Notes under the pieces: model-generated
What the model saw: the letters and a program-made list of their open reading frames with translations, nothing else
Database searches by the model: none
Told to the model about the DNA's origin: nothing
Shown: piece after piece, positions 8,140 through 17,423 of the stretch
Layout of the letters: every line of letters starts with the position of its first letter
Numbering within the stretch: the first letter of the stretch is position 1
Position numbers and translations under genes: made by a program
Assembly (NCBI GenBank): GCA_913063265.1
Contig: CAJXZG010000080.1
Span: 1,742 to 25,741 of the forward strand
Length of the DNA: 24,000 nucleotides
Source of the DNA: an uncultured Prolixibacteraceae bacterium
Lineage (GTDB): Bacteria; Bacteroidota; Bacteroidia; Bacteroidales; Prolixibacteraceae
Direction of reading: 5' to 3'

Positions 8140-8182
8140 CCCCCGCTGTCGCCTCCCGACAGCTATCGGGATGTAATTGGTG
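8140..8182 (-). repeat. Short repeat family D, inverted copy
   Basis: The reverse complement reads caccaattacatcccgatagctgtcgggaggcgacagcggggg. This matches 11326-11368 and 11641-11683 and contains the hairpin cccga/tcggg. Confidence 0.6.
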
Positions 8183-8234
8183 CTTTTGTTGCAAACAATA
8201 ATTCTCTGCTAACTTCTCGCATTATTACTGCAGT

Positions 8235-8315
8235 ATTAAATACTTCTTGTTTTTGCAAAACAAAACACGGATTGCAAATCCGCGCTAGCAAGGGGATTCG
8301 GGGTGAGGTGGTCAT
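8235..8315 (+). repeat. Short repeat family E, copy a
   Basis: ttaaatacttcttgtttttgcaaaacaaaacacggattgcaaatccgcgctagcaagggg matches 11414-11479. It includes the hairpin cggatt-gca-aatccg (8268-8282) and ends in GGGGTGAGGTGGTCAT. Confidence 0.65.
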
Positions 8316-8331
8316 TCCTACAATTGCCCTT

Positions 8332-8480
8332 TTCTACCCCTCGTTTGCAATGAGCGGTCAGCGGTTCCTGAGTTTGTAACTCCTCATTACATAAAAATTA
8401 TGGCAACCTGACCTTTACCATATTAATTCTCCTTGGAGGAGCTCATGTTAATTGTTTTGTTTACTAATTTTCGTCGATAC
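8332..8480 (+). repeat. Repeat family F (~150 bp), copy a, upstream of cotH
   Basis: ttctacccctcgtttgcaatgagcgg...ttcctgagtttgtaactcctcattacataaaaatta...ccttggaggagctcatgttaattgttttgttt...tcgtcgatac is roughly 85 percent identical by eye to 11095-11243. Confidence 0.7.
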
Positions 8481-8758
8481 AATCGACCTAACATTTGATC
8501 CTCGTTGCAAACGAGGGCAGTGTGAGAAGCGGATTTTTTTTAAGCCCCTTTTTCTCTCTTGCTGAAAGAGGATTCACCGTGGAATTGTCGTTCGGCGACA
8601 GGGAATTATAGAGATTCCATTTTGAATAACTTCAATTCCGTAAAGAGAAATTCCAAAACTTAAAAACAAACTGCCTTTCTATACATGGATTATCGAGATA
8701 AATACCCAACTTTATGGCAATTTGTATATACACAAAAAAGTATGTACAATTGCTTACA

Positions 8759-10930
8759 ATGAGGCCTATTTTTGTAAATATACTTTTCATATTTCTTGTA
8801 GTTGCCACTATAAAAACTTCAGGTCAAACTTCAGTTCATCACTGGGAAACTATTTTGGTTCCTTTTAAAGTCTGGAACTATTTACCCGGTTCTGCTGAGA
8901 TTCCTGCTAACTGGAAAGATCCTGGTTATGAAGTTGGTAGCTGGTATACTGGAAGAGGTGGCATTGGTTATGGCGATGATGATGACCTGACAAAAATTGA
9001 TCCCACTATATCGGTTTTTATGAGGACGAATTTTAACGTTAAGGATATATCAGTTATTCAAGGCGCAATATTAAATGCCGATTACGATGATGCTTTCGTG
9101 GCCTATCTGAATGGAACAGAAATCGCACGTTCGAATATTGGAACACCGGGAATTCAACCCGCCTGGAACGAAGAAGCCCAAAGCAACCATGAAGCAGTGA
9201 TGTACGACGGAGTCAGCCCGGAAATCTTTCAAATAGAACCGGAAATGCTGGATAGTCTTTTGCAGGATGGCACAAATACGATAGCTTTTCAGGTTCACAA
9301 TCGGTCTGTTTCTTCTTCTGACCTTTCATCAAATTTTTATTTAACAGTCGGAATAACGGTCCCCGAAAAATATTACATCGATCCTATGGAATGGTTTTTT
9401 ATTCCTTTTGAATCGTCAAATCTTCCTCTGATGATGATAGAGACCAACGGTCAGACAATTACTACAAATGATCGGATTATCGCAGAAATGGGCTTGCTTG
9501 ACTATACCAATATTAGAGACAAAAATTATATATCGGATACTTTTAACATTTACGAAGGAAGAATATCCATTCGAATTCGCGGCTCATCTTCCCTCATGTT
9601 TCCAAAAAAGAATTACATTTTTGAAACTCAGGATGAAACAGGAGAAAACCGTAATGTGGAATTGTTGGGTTTACCTGATGAAAATGACTGGGTATTACAT
9701 GGTCCATATAGCGATAAATCCTTAATTCGCAATGTACTTTCTTATCATATTGCTGCAACCACCGGAAGATATGCACCACGTACCCGGTGGATAGAACTGT
9801 TTATAAACGGACAATATTTGGGGCTTTACGTTTTAACCGAAAAGATTAAACAGGATGACAACCGTGTGGATATTGCCAAGCTAAATCCGCAGGATACGAC
9901 TGGGGATCAACTCACCGGAGGGTATATACTGCAAATCGACAGAAACGACGATGACCAGCAAGATGAAGGTTGGTATTCAAAACACAAATCAAACGTTTTT
10001 TATACGTACTATGATCCCGGTTATGATGAGTTGGTTCCAAAACAGAAAGATTATATCCGTGGATTTATAAACGATTTTGAAGATATGGTAAAGTATGCCC
10101 AAAACAAATCGGAATATATTCACCTGGTTGATATACCTGCTTTTGTCGATTACTGGATACCAACTGAAATTTTTAACGATGTTGATGGTTATAAATTAAG
10201 TTTCCATATGTTTAAAGATTTGAATAGTAAAGGGGGTAAACTGCAACTCGGGCCGGTCTGGGATTTGAACCTTGCCTACGGAAATTTTGATTTTGCTGCT
10301 GATCCTCCTCTGCCAACCGGATGGACCTGGACCAAATGTGAAACACATAATATGCGCCCTTTCTGGGTTTATAACATCGTACAAACAGATACAGTGCAAA
10401 ATACTATTGCCTGCAGATGGCTGGAACTTAGAGCCGGGCCGCTTCACACCGATTCTTTACTGCAATTTATTGATGTAAATCTAAAACTTATTAAAGAAGC
10501 CAGAATAAGAAATTTCCAGCGCTGGCCTGTACTCGGGGTTTACGTTTGGCCAAATTATTATGTAGGTGCCGATTACGACGATGATGTAAATTATTTGATC
10601 AACTGGCTTGATACAAGATTAAACTGGATGGATGAAAATATGCTCGGTAATTGTAATGCGGTAAGTTCGAAACAGCTTGTATATCATTCTGAAAATGTAA
10701 AGGTGTTTCCTAATCCTTTCTCAGAAAGCATAACTTTCAGTTTTAGTGCTAATCTAAACGATGCCCAAATTGAAATATACAGCTCATCAGGAATGTTGCT
10801 AAAGCTGGAAAAAGTACAAAATAAACCTGTACACCACATGGTTTTGGACGACTTTAAACCGGGAATTTATATTTACAGAATTATTTCAAATGAAAGTGTA
10901 TTTAGCTTTGGAAAAATGGTAAAAAAGTAA
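8759..10930 (+). CDS. CotH-family protein (CotH kinase-like domain) with an N-terminal beta-sandwich region and a T9SS C-terminal sorting domain
   Basis: The ORF track gives 8714..10930. The ATG at 8759 gives a clean signal peptide (MRPIFVNILFIFLVVATIKTSGQ). The CotH-like core is LPLMMIETNGQ...GRISIRIRGSSS...KKNYIFE...LHGPYSDKSLIRN...LFINGQYLGLYVLTEKIK...GGYILQID. The C-terminus is a Por/T9SS tail. Confidence 0.85.
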   Translation: MRPIFVNILFIFLVVATIKTSGQTSVHHWETILVPFKVWNYLPGSAEIPANWKDPGYEVGSWYTGRGGIGYGDDDDLTKIDPTISVFMRTNFNVKDISVIQGAILNADYDDAFVAYLNGTEIARSNIGTPGIQPAWNEEAQSNHEAVMYDGVSPEIFQIEPEMLDSLLQDGTNTIAFQVHNRSVSSSDLSSNFYLTVGITVPEKYYIDPMEWFFIPFESSNLPLMMIETNGQTITTNDRIIAEMGLLDYTNIRDKNYISDTFNIYEGRISIRIRGSSSLMFPKKNYIFETQDETGENRNVELLGLPDENDWVLHGPYSDKSLIRNVLSYHIAATTGRYAPRTRWIELFINGQYLGLYVLTEKIKQDDNRVDIAKLNPQDTTGDQLTGGYILQIDRNDDDQQDEGWYSKHKSNVFYTYYDPGYDELVPKQKDYIRGFINDFEDMVKYAQNKSEYIHLVDIPAFVDYWIPTEIFNDVDGYKLSFHMFKDLNSKGGKLQLGPVWDLNLAYGNFDFAADPPLPTGWTWTKCETHNMRPFWVYNIVQTDTVQNTIACRWLELRAGPLHTDSLLQFIDVNLKLIKEARIRNFQRWPVLGVYVWPNYYVGADYDDDVNYLINWLDTRLNWMDENMLGNCNAVSSKQLVYHSENVKVFPNPFSESITFSFSANLNDAQIEIYSSSGMLLKLEKVQNKPVHHMVLDDFKPGIYIYRIISNESVFSFGKMVKK
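10697..10927 (+). other. T9SS (Por) C-terminal sorting domain of the CotH-family protein
   Basis: The last 77 aa read VKVFPNPFSESITFSF...IEIYSSSGMLL...PGIYIYRI...GKMVKK, which is the typical Por_Secre_tail pattern. Confidence 0.8.
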
Positions 10931-10994
10931 AATGCAAGTCATGAAAGCAAAGTATCTTTTTTTGCATGTAATTTTATTGATCTCTTCCCTACTA

Positions 10995-11093
10995 TTCTAC
11001 CCCTCTTTTGCAAAGAGGGGTCAGCTGTTCCTGAGTTTGTAACTCATCAATACATAAAAATTATATCAACCTGACTTTTTCATGTGAATTATC
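10995..11093 (+). repeat. Repeat family F, copy b (5' two-thirds only)
   Basis: ttctacccctcttttgcaaagaggggtcagctgttcctgagtttgtaactcatcaatacataaaaattatatcaacctgac... It contains the hairpin cccctctt/aagagggg and runs straight into copy c. Confidence 0.7.
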
Positions 11094-11094
11094 T

Positions 11095-11243
11095 TTTCTA
11101 ACCCTCTTTTGCAACGAGGGGTTAGCTGTTCCTGAGTTTGCAACTCCTCATTACATAAAAATTATATCAACCTGACCTTTTCTATGTAAATTATCCTTGG
11201 AGGAGCTCATGTTAATTGTTTTGTTTGCTGGATTTTGTCGATC
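11095..11243 (+). repeat. Repeat family F, copy c (full length), downstream of cotH
   Basis: It is collinear with 8332-8480, including the ccttggaggagctcatgttaattgttttgttt block. Confidence 0.7.
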
Positions 11244-11325
11244 CCCATCGCTGGCGCAAATTTGCAATTTGTGCCTCTGCCTCTGGCAGACATATTCAAA
11301 CATTTTTAAATTCTATCAAATAGCA

Positions 11326-11368
11326 CACCGATTGCATCCCGATAATTATCGTGAGGCGCGAGCGGGGG
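11326..11368 (+). repeat. Short repeat family D, copy 2
   Basis: caccgattgcatcccgataattatcgtgaggcgcgagcggggg. Confidence 0.6.
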
Positions 11369-11413
11369 ATGTCAATCAAAAATGCCTTTGAGCTTCCTGT
11401 TTATGTTGCAACA

Positions 11414-11479
11414 TTTAATACTTTTTGTTTTTGCAAAACAAAACACGGATCACAGATCCGCGCTAGCGGGGGAATTGGG
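11414..11479 (+). repeat. Short repeat family E, copy b
   Basis: tttaatactttttgtttttgcaaaacaaaacacggatcacagatccgcgctagcggggg. The hairpin cggatc-aca-gatccg (11446-11460) carries a compensatory T:A to C:G change relative to copy a. Confidence 0.65.
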
Positions 11480-11640
11480 CTTTGGAGACGTGGAATTGAT
11501 ATAATTTCCTGTTTCTGAAAAACGCTGAAATGAGCATTAATAAATGGGTTTGGGGAGTTTACCCTGCATCAATGCTGTAAAATCAATCTACCAAAAGGCA
11601 TAGGTTTTGGGGTGTTTTCTTAATTCTTGCGAAAACCATA

Positions 11641-11683
11641 CCGATTACATCCCGATAGTTAATGGAACTGCGCGAGCTGGGGG
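11641..11683 (+). repeat. Short repeat family D, copy 3 (more diverged)
   Basis: ccgattacatcccgatagttaatggaactgcgcgagctggggg. Confidence 0.5.
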
Positions 11684-11735
11684 ATACTTTACAATTATGT
11701 TGATGAATTCAAATTGGGCTTAATTGAAAAAGAGG

Positions 11736-13994
11736 TTAAACTTTAACTTTCATTAATTCAGTTAATGACACTGCAAAAGGGAAACCCGATCCCCTGTCGC
11801 TTTTATAACCTTCCAACTTTGAAATATCCCATTTTTTGCCAAATAATTCTATTCGCTTTACCGGTTCAGTTTTATAAACCAAGTAATAATAATTATCATT
11901 GGATTTTGAAGGATATCCTTTGCTTATTAAGGTTTCCTTTGACCAAACCTGAGGACCGGAAACGGTAATTTCAAGAATTTTATCCGTGATTAGTTCACCT
12001 TCTGAATGAAGCAATATAAATTTTGCCCCTGCAACCTTGGGACTTACATTAATCGAACCTCTTCTTGACCCGGCTCTTGCATTGTACCAGCCCTTTTCAT
12101 AAATCCATTTCCATTTTTCTTTGTCGTAATATCCAATCAGGATATATGTTTCGTCTGGAATTAAAGATCTATCCGAATTTATCGTTTCAGGCAAACTCTG
12201 ATTAACAATATCAAACGGTTTATCTTTAAATGTCTCGTATGTTTTATATGCAATTTTTTCTTTCTGCGATGCCCTATTCAGCAGTTGCTGAACCACGTCC
12301 TTAATAAAAACTGTTAATGCTTCACTCCCTGTATTTGTTTTCGATGGTCTCACGGAAAAAGCACCTAATCCTGGGATCAGTTCGTGAAATCCATTCTTTT
12401 TGTAAGGATTTTCCGTTCCCGGATATAAAATATACGAACCTGCCGTTCTTCTGATTGCATCTTTGTAAGCATGCATTTTAAGCAGATCGATTCTTTTAAA
12501 AGTACCTTTCCGCTGATCCTCCTTCTCTTTTATAAAATCCTCATCTGTCCCTATAATTCCAGTAATGTTTTCAACTTTATATTTTGCATCGAAATGGATA
12601 TGTGTAATCAATTCTTCATTTTCTGCCACAGCCTGAGTGATGCCAAATGGCCAGATACTTAAAGTATAGTCGGGTCTCATTTTTTTTGTCCAGCTGCCAC
12701 CGTAAGGGTAGTTCATTTCCCCCTGAAATGTTTTATTATAGCTGAACTTTACATTTAATTTTCGAGTGCCTGCATCGAAAATTCCTTTAACCGCGGTATG
12801 TTTACCCTGTTTAAGCTGTAATCCTAAACCATCTGTTGTTTTCTTTATCAAATCCTTAACACTTCCTTGCTCAATGCTGAAGATTTCCGAAACAATATCA
12901 AGCAGTTTAAAAAACAGCCAGTATTCATACAAAACGGCAACATCCCGTTTATTTCCGCTGTAAACATCTTCTCCGCCATGCCAAACTAGTTTTGCAGCAA
13001 GGTCAAACATCAGCCACACCCTCAAAACCTCCCTGTAACCCTCTTTTCGTTGCAGAACAGGACTGTTCAGTGGCAAAGTTTTTGGTTTTGATATTTCTTT
13101 AAAAACCGAATGATTCAAATATTCCTGAATTTTATTTTCAAGTATGCCGGCTTCAGCGAAAATTCTGCCGTTGTTTTTTGTTTTCTCCTTTAAATCGCTG
13201 AAAAAGGATTGAAACGAAATCAATACAAATTTTATAAACCGGTTTTCGGGGGTATCAACCGTTTCTGTTTTGTTGTTAATACGAATTTTTTCAGGTACCG
13301 ATTTCATCCTTTTAAATAGTTGATGATTTTTCGTCAATTCAATTCGGTTGGTTGCACCAGCAAGTTGTCTGATGGAAGAATTGGTAAATTTTCTTACATT
13401 CCTGATATCTTTTTTTTCTTCATTATCTTTCCATCTTGTAACTGGAGCGGAAATAATTTTATGCAACGAATCGTTAAATTCATCAGACTCCAGAATTGAT
13501 TTTACAAACGCAAAACGTTGATAAAGTGTCTGAGCATCAAAATTAAAATTGACCTCAAAATACTGTGATACTGGGGAACTATGCTGCAATAGTAAATCCG
13601 TACATTTTTCCGTAATTTCTTCGAGCATTAGGCGGTAATCTTCCCTGTAGGTGATTTTCTTTGACTGCACTTCGAGTTTTAACTCTCCGCATTTATTTTG
13701 TTCTGAGTCCAGAACATTGATAACAAGGGTGCCTACATATATGTTAGGAGTGATCCTCCCTGAAAATTTATGCACCTTCGATTGGCTGATTATATCTTTG
13801 TATCCATGAAGGCTATATCCTTTAGGTAATTTATATTCATAAGAACAACCCTCGATTATTTGAAAAGGTGATTCACCATTTTCTTCAGCATCATTTAAAT
13901 TTAACAAGATCTCATCGTTACTCTCCCCAAAAAGTATAAGGAAAATAGTACCATTTGATAATTTGATTGGTATGGATAATTTGTTTTCAGCCAT
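11736..13994 (-). CDS. McrC-like PD-(D/E)xK nuclease subunit (DUF2357/DUF524-type; LlaJI.R2-like) with an extra C-terminal domain
   Basis: 752-aa ORF with an ATG start, beginning 5 nt after the stop of the McrB-like gene. The nuclease core reads KMRPDYTL (about aa 440) ... HIHFDAKYK (D469-A-K471) ... LLKMHAYKDAIRR. The family assignment is from memory of McrC-like partners of McrB-type GTPases, not from a search. About 140 C-terminal residues (aa 612-752) lie beyond the nuclease core. Confidence 0.75.
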   Translation of the reverse strand: MAENKLSIPIKLSNGTIFLILFGESNDEILLNLNDAEENGESPFQIIEGCSYEYKLPKGYSLHGYKDIISQSKVHKFSGRITPNIYVGTLVINVLDSEQNKCGELKLEVQSKKITYREDYRLMLEEITEKCTDLLLQHSSPVSQYFEVNFNFDAQTLYQRFAFVKSILESDEFNDSLHKIISAPVTRWKDNEEKKDIRNVRKFTNSSIRQLAGATNRIELTKNHQLFKRMKSVPEKIRINNKTETVDTPENRFIKFVLISFQSFFSDLKEKTKNNGRIFAEAGILENKIQEYLNHSVFKEISKPKTLPLNSPVLQRKEGYREVLRVWLMFDLAAKLVWHGGEDVYSGNKRDVAVLYEYWLFFKLLDIVSEIFSIEQGSVKDLIKKTTDGLGLQLKQGKHTAVKGIFDAGTRKLNVKFSYNKTFQGEMNYPYGGSWTKKMRPDYTLSIWPFGITQAVAENEELITHIHFDAKYKVENITGIIGTDEDFIKEKEDQRKGTFKRIDLLKMHAYKDAIRRTAGSYILYPGTENPYKKNGFHELIPGLGAFSVRPSKTNTGSEALTVFIKDVVQQLLNRASQKEKIAYKTYETFKDKPFDIVNQSLPETINSDRSLIPDETYILIGYYDKEKWKWIYEKGWYNARAGSRRGSINVSPKVAGAKFILLHSEGELITDKILEITVSGPQVWSKETLISKGYPSKSNDNYYYLVYKTEPVKRIELFGKKWDISKLEGYKSDRGSGFPFAVSLTELMKVKV

Positions 13995-13999
13995 TTCAA

Positions 14000-16318
14000 T
14001 TATGCTTCAGCATAACTTGTAAAACCATTGGATAACATGTTGTTATACATACGAAGAATTTTCTCCAGAGAAACTGGGTATTTTATTTTAGGATTGCCTT
14101 CGAAATCTATCTCATTTTTTGAAGTTAAAAATTCATCAAATTTCTGATCATTCTGCAAGCAAAGACTTCCCAGTGTTTTTAACACAGATTCCAACTTTCT
14201 TTTTGAACCATGCACTTTTGGCAATAATTTTTGCATAATAGCCCAGTCAATTATTTTGTTAATATCTCTGTTTGTTTCAAGATGTTTTACGATCGCAGTA
14301 AAACGATGAATTTCGGTTGCACTTCGATATCCAAACTCAGCCCCTGTCTTTTTGAGTTCCACAAAAAATTCATTAAGAGTATCGTTAATTATTTTTAAAT
14401 CAGCTACATTATCAAGTTTTATTTCACTATTTTTTGCAAGCAGAACAAACGAATCTGCCAAATTTTTCCCTTGACCAACAATACCATTTATATCTAGATG
14501 TTTTGTATTACTGAGGAAATCCTTCATTTCATCTTTTGTTACTCGGAACTCAATTACATTGGCACGATCAAGCACCTTTGGGCTGAACATATAAGTTGTT
14601 TCATCGATGTTAACGGTTCCAATAATAAACAAATTTGGTGGCAACTTAATTTTTTCAGGAACATCATCCTGCCAATCTTCCATTTCAGCATGAAGTGGTA
14701 TGTCCTCTCCTGATTCCATAGCACTGAGGAAGTCGGCGAAATAACGTTCCACATGACTTAAATTCATTTCATCAAGAATAAGAAAATATGGTTTGTTTTG
14801 ATTTTCAGGTTTTCCTGCCTCTAGTATTATTTGCAATACTCCATTTTCTGGCTTAACATATTTGCCTTTCTCCAAAGCATTGGGGTAACCCAACAAAGGC
14901 TCTCTATTTGTCCAATCTGCGCCAACAGGAACAATACAAATTTGAGTATTTTTAAAATTAGGCGATTTTGTCTCTTTTTTAATAAGATGAAAAGCACTTG
15001 CTTTTAAATGAGACTCAAAAGAATTTAACTGAGGAGAGTATTTTGTTATTTCACCCACCACTTGTCTGATTTCACGTGGAGATATTTCTGTGCTGAATTT
15101 TTTATCAACTATAACATTAATCCATTCATATATTAATTCGTAAGGCAAATTTACTTTTGTTCCAGTCTCTAATTGTGTTAAAGTTACGGAAAGGGAATCA
15201 AGTGAAGTAATTTTATATTTAGCTCTATCCGCTTCGATTACTTCATTTAAGTCAAAAGTTTTTTGAGTGGATTTGATTTGGGCTGGTTCAGAAATCCATT
15301 TTGCGAAGATCTGAGCTAACTTTGTTTTACCACTCCCACTCAAACCGGTAAAAATTATAAATCTTTTTGTACATAAAGAAGATATTAATCTAATTGGCAG
15401 TTCTGGTTGTCCTTTAAATCCCGCAGATTCAATATCTTTAAGAAAATTATTGCTAATAAATGAAAGTTCTCTTGTATTTTTATTATAACTTTTGAAGTTC
15501 CCTAAATAATAATTTGTCCACTCTGAAATATCTTCAGTTTTCAGAAAGGAATAAGGTTTATTGATTTTATTTTTCAACAAATCGATATTAATTGATATTA
15601 ATTCTCTAAAACCAGATTTATTAGCTTGCTGCCCTATTATTAGGCCCCCCCAACCCACAAAAGAAAACCAAGGGGCAATTCTGGCAGAAACTTGTTCACT
15701 ATGAACTGGTTTTCCAAGCAGAAAATCAAGATTGTTGTTATTTGCAGAATAGTCAGAATTGATTTTATTTCTTGTATCTTTTATTTTGTTAATTGCAGAA
15801 TCAAGTTCATCCATTTTCATTATTCGAAGAACAACCCGATTCATTTCCTCATAATGTAGTTTAAAATCACATTCCAACATTATTCTCCAAATACATATAC
15901 TTGGTAAAACATCACAATCTACAGGCAATTCTGATAATTGATCTTCCGTCGGATTATATAACTGATATCTTGATAAAATATCTATTGCAATCTCACATGC
16001 TTCTTTTAGTCTTTTCTCTTTCTCTTTTTCAATGGAATTAGGCAACTCAGAAAAAAACTGACCAAGTCGTGATAATGCAATTTGATCCCCATCTTTATAT
16101 ATAAGGCCATAGTTTTGATAAAGTTTTCTGTATGTTCTGTAACGCTGGTCTTTTATTCCGAGGTGAGCAATATTTTCTTGTGACTCATAATCACTCCAAC
16201 CTATTTTCTCCAATTTTAAAAAAGCCTCAAGATGTTTTCGATATTCAGGTGTGATTTCAATACTTAATTCAGGGAATTGGGTAGTATCCCTAATTCCGCT
16301 TGGCCAATGGTCTAACAT
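14000..16318 (-). CDS. McrB-like AAA+ GTPase/ATPase restriction subunit (AAA_5 type; LlaJI.R1-like) with a large N-terminal extension
   Basis: 772-aa ORF. Walker A is GLSGSGKT (aa 325-332). The Walker B region is YFLILDEMNLSHVERYFADFLSAMES (D516/E517). The downstream segment FIIGTVNIDETTYMFSPKVLDRANVIEF matches the McrB-family pattern. About 320 aa precede the P-loop. Confidence 0.85.
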   Translation of the reverse strand: MLDHWPSGIRDTTQFPELSIEITPEYRKHLEAFLKLEKIGWSDYESQENIAHLGIKDQRYRTYRKLYQNYGLIYKDGDQIALSRLGQFFSELPNSIEKEKEKRLKEACEIAIDILSRYQLYNPTEDQLSELPVDCDVLPSICIWRIMLECDFKLHYEEMNRVVLRIMKMDELDSAINKIKDTRNKINSDYSANNNNLDFLLGKPVHSEQVSARIAPWFSFVGWGGLIIGQQANKSGFRELISINIDLLKNKINKPYSFLKTEDISEWTNYYLGNFKSYNKNTRELSFISNNFLKDIESAGFKGQPELPIRLISSLCTKRFIIFTGLSGSGKTKLAQIFAKWISEPAQIKSTQKTFDLNEVIEADRAKYKITSLDSLSVTLTQLETGTKVNLPYELIYEWINVIVDKKFSTEISPREIRQVVGEITKYSPQLNSFESHLKASAFHLIKKETKSPNFKNTQICIVPVGADWTNREPLLGYPNALEKGKYVKPENGVLQIILEAGKPENQNKPYFLILDEMNLSHVERYFADFLSAMESGEDIPLHAEMEDWQDDVPEKIKLPPNLFIIGTVNIDETTYMFSPKVLDRANVIEFRVTKDEMKDFLSNTKHLDINGIVGQGKNLADSFVLLAKNSEIKLDNVADLKIINDTLNEFFVELKKTGAEFGYRSATEIHRFTAIVKHLETNRDINKIIDWAIMQKLLPKVHGSKRKLESVLKTLGSLCLQNDQKFDEFLTSKNEIDFEGNPKIKYPVSLEKILRMYNNMLSNGFTSYAEA

Positions 16319-16338
16319 AATCCTTTTCTGTTAAAATA

Positions 16339-17370
16339 TTATAAATATTTTTTTAAATTTTCAGCAACTGATTTGGCTAAAAGAGGAGGTACTGCATTGC
16401 CAATTTGTTTAGCTATTTGCACTTTAGAACCATAAAAAACAAATGTGTCTGGAAAACTTTGCAATCGTGCTCCTTCCCTTAAAGTAATTGTTCTGTTTAA
16501 TTCCGGATGTCCAAATCTTCCTCTGGAAAAACTATCAAATCTAGCAGTAATTGTAGGACTCGGTGAATGCCAGGCCATTCTTCCATATACATCTAAATGT
16601 CGATGATTATTATTTTTATTGTGACATGTTAATTGTAAATGTTCAGGCAGACTCTCTCTTCCTTGTCCTTCTTTAATTGAACTTATTCGATCAATATTAA
16701 TTTTTGATAGTTTGTCTGCAATATGATTAGGGATACTTCCTATTTCAACATGCTGCAAATCTTTTATTGCCTCAAATACTGTCTTAAAGCCAAGGTTTGT
16801 TTCTTTAATCTTTGAAAAGTCCACTTCACAATTTGGTTGTCCTTTTATTATTTTTTGTCCAATGATGAATACTCTTTTCCTATTTTGTGGAACACCAAAA
16901 CTTATCGCGTTAAGTTTCTCAATTCTAATTCGGTAATTATTTTTTTCACAATTAGTGATTATTTCTTCAATGTAAGGTTTTCCTCTTTTAGAAAGCAATC
17001 CTCCAACATTCTCCATAATAAAGAATTTAGGTTTTATTTCTAAAACAAGCCTTATAAAATCTAAAACTAATGTATTCCTATCATCATGATCACTACCTCT
17101 CCTTTGCACACTAAATCCCTGGCACGGCGGACCTCCTGCAATTACCGTAATGTCATCTAAATTTATGGAAGTCAAATTTTCTATTAATTTCCTATTAACT
17201 TTTTTTGCATCTAATACATGACCATGAGAACCAATATTATTATTATATGTTTCGATACATGCAGGATCATTATCAAATGCAAATACAGGAGTAAATCCAG
17301 CCATAGAAAAACCATGAGATAATCCTCCGGCACCACAAAAACAATCAATTAGTTTATAATCTTTAACCAT
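16339..17370 (-). CDS. dcm: DNA (cytosine-5)-methyltransferase
   Basis: 343 aa. It has motif I LIDCFCGAGGLSHGF, motif IV GGPPCQGFS, motif VI FIMENVGGL, motif VIII QNRKRVFIIG, motif IX TLREGARLQSFPD and motif X GNAVPPLL. Confidence 0.95.
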   Translation of the reverse strand: MVKDYKLIDCFCGAGGLSHGFSMAGFTPVFAFDNDPACIETYNNNIGSHGHVLDAKKVNRKLIENLTSINLDDITVIAGGPPCQGFSVQRRGSDHDDRNTLVLDFIRLVLEIKPKFFIMENVGGLLSKRGKPYIEEIITNCEKNNYRIRIEKLNAISFGVPQNRKRVFIIGQKIIKGQPNCEVDFSKIKETNLGFKTVFEAIKDLQHVEIGSIPNHIADKLSKINIDRISSIKEGQGRESLPEHLQLTCHNKNNNHRHLDVYGRMAWHSPSPTITARFDSFSRGRFGHPELNRTITLREGARLQSFPDTFVFYGSKVQIAKQIGNAVPPLLAKSVAENLKKYL

Positions 17371-17423
17371 TTACCTCATTATCATTTATAAATAATTTTT
17401 CAAACTTAATATATATATTATTA

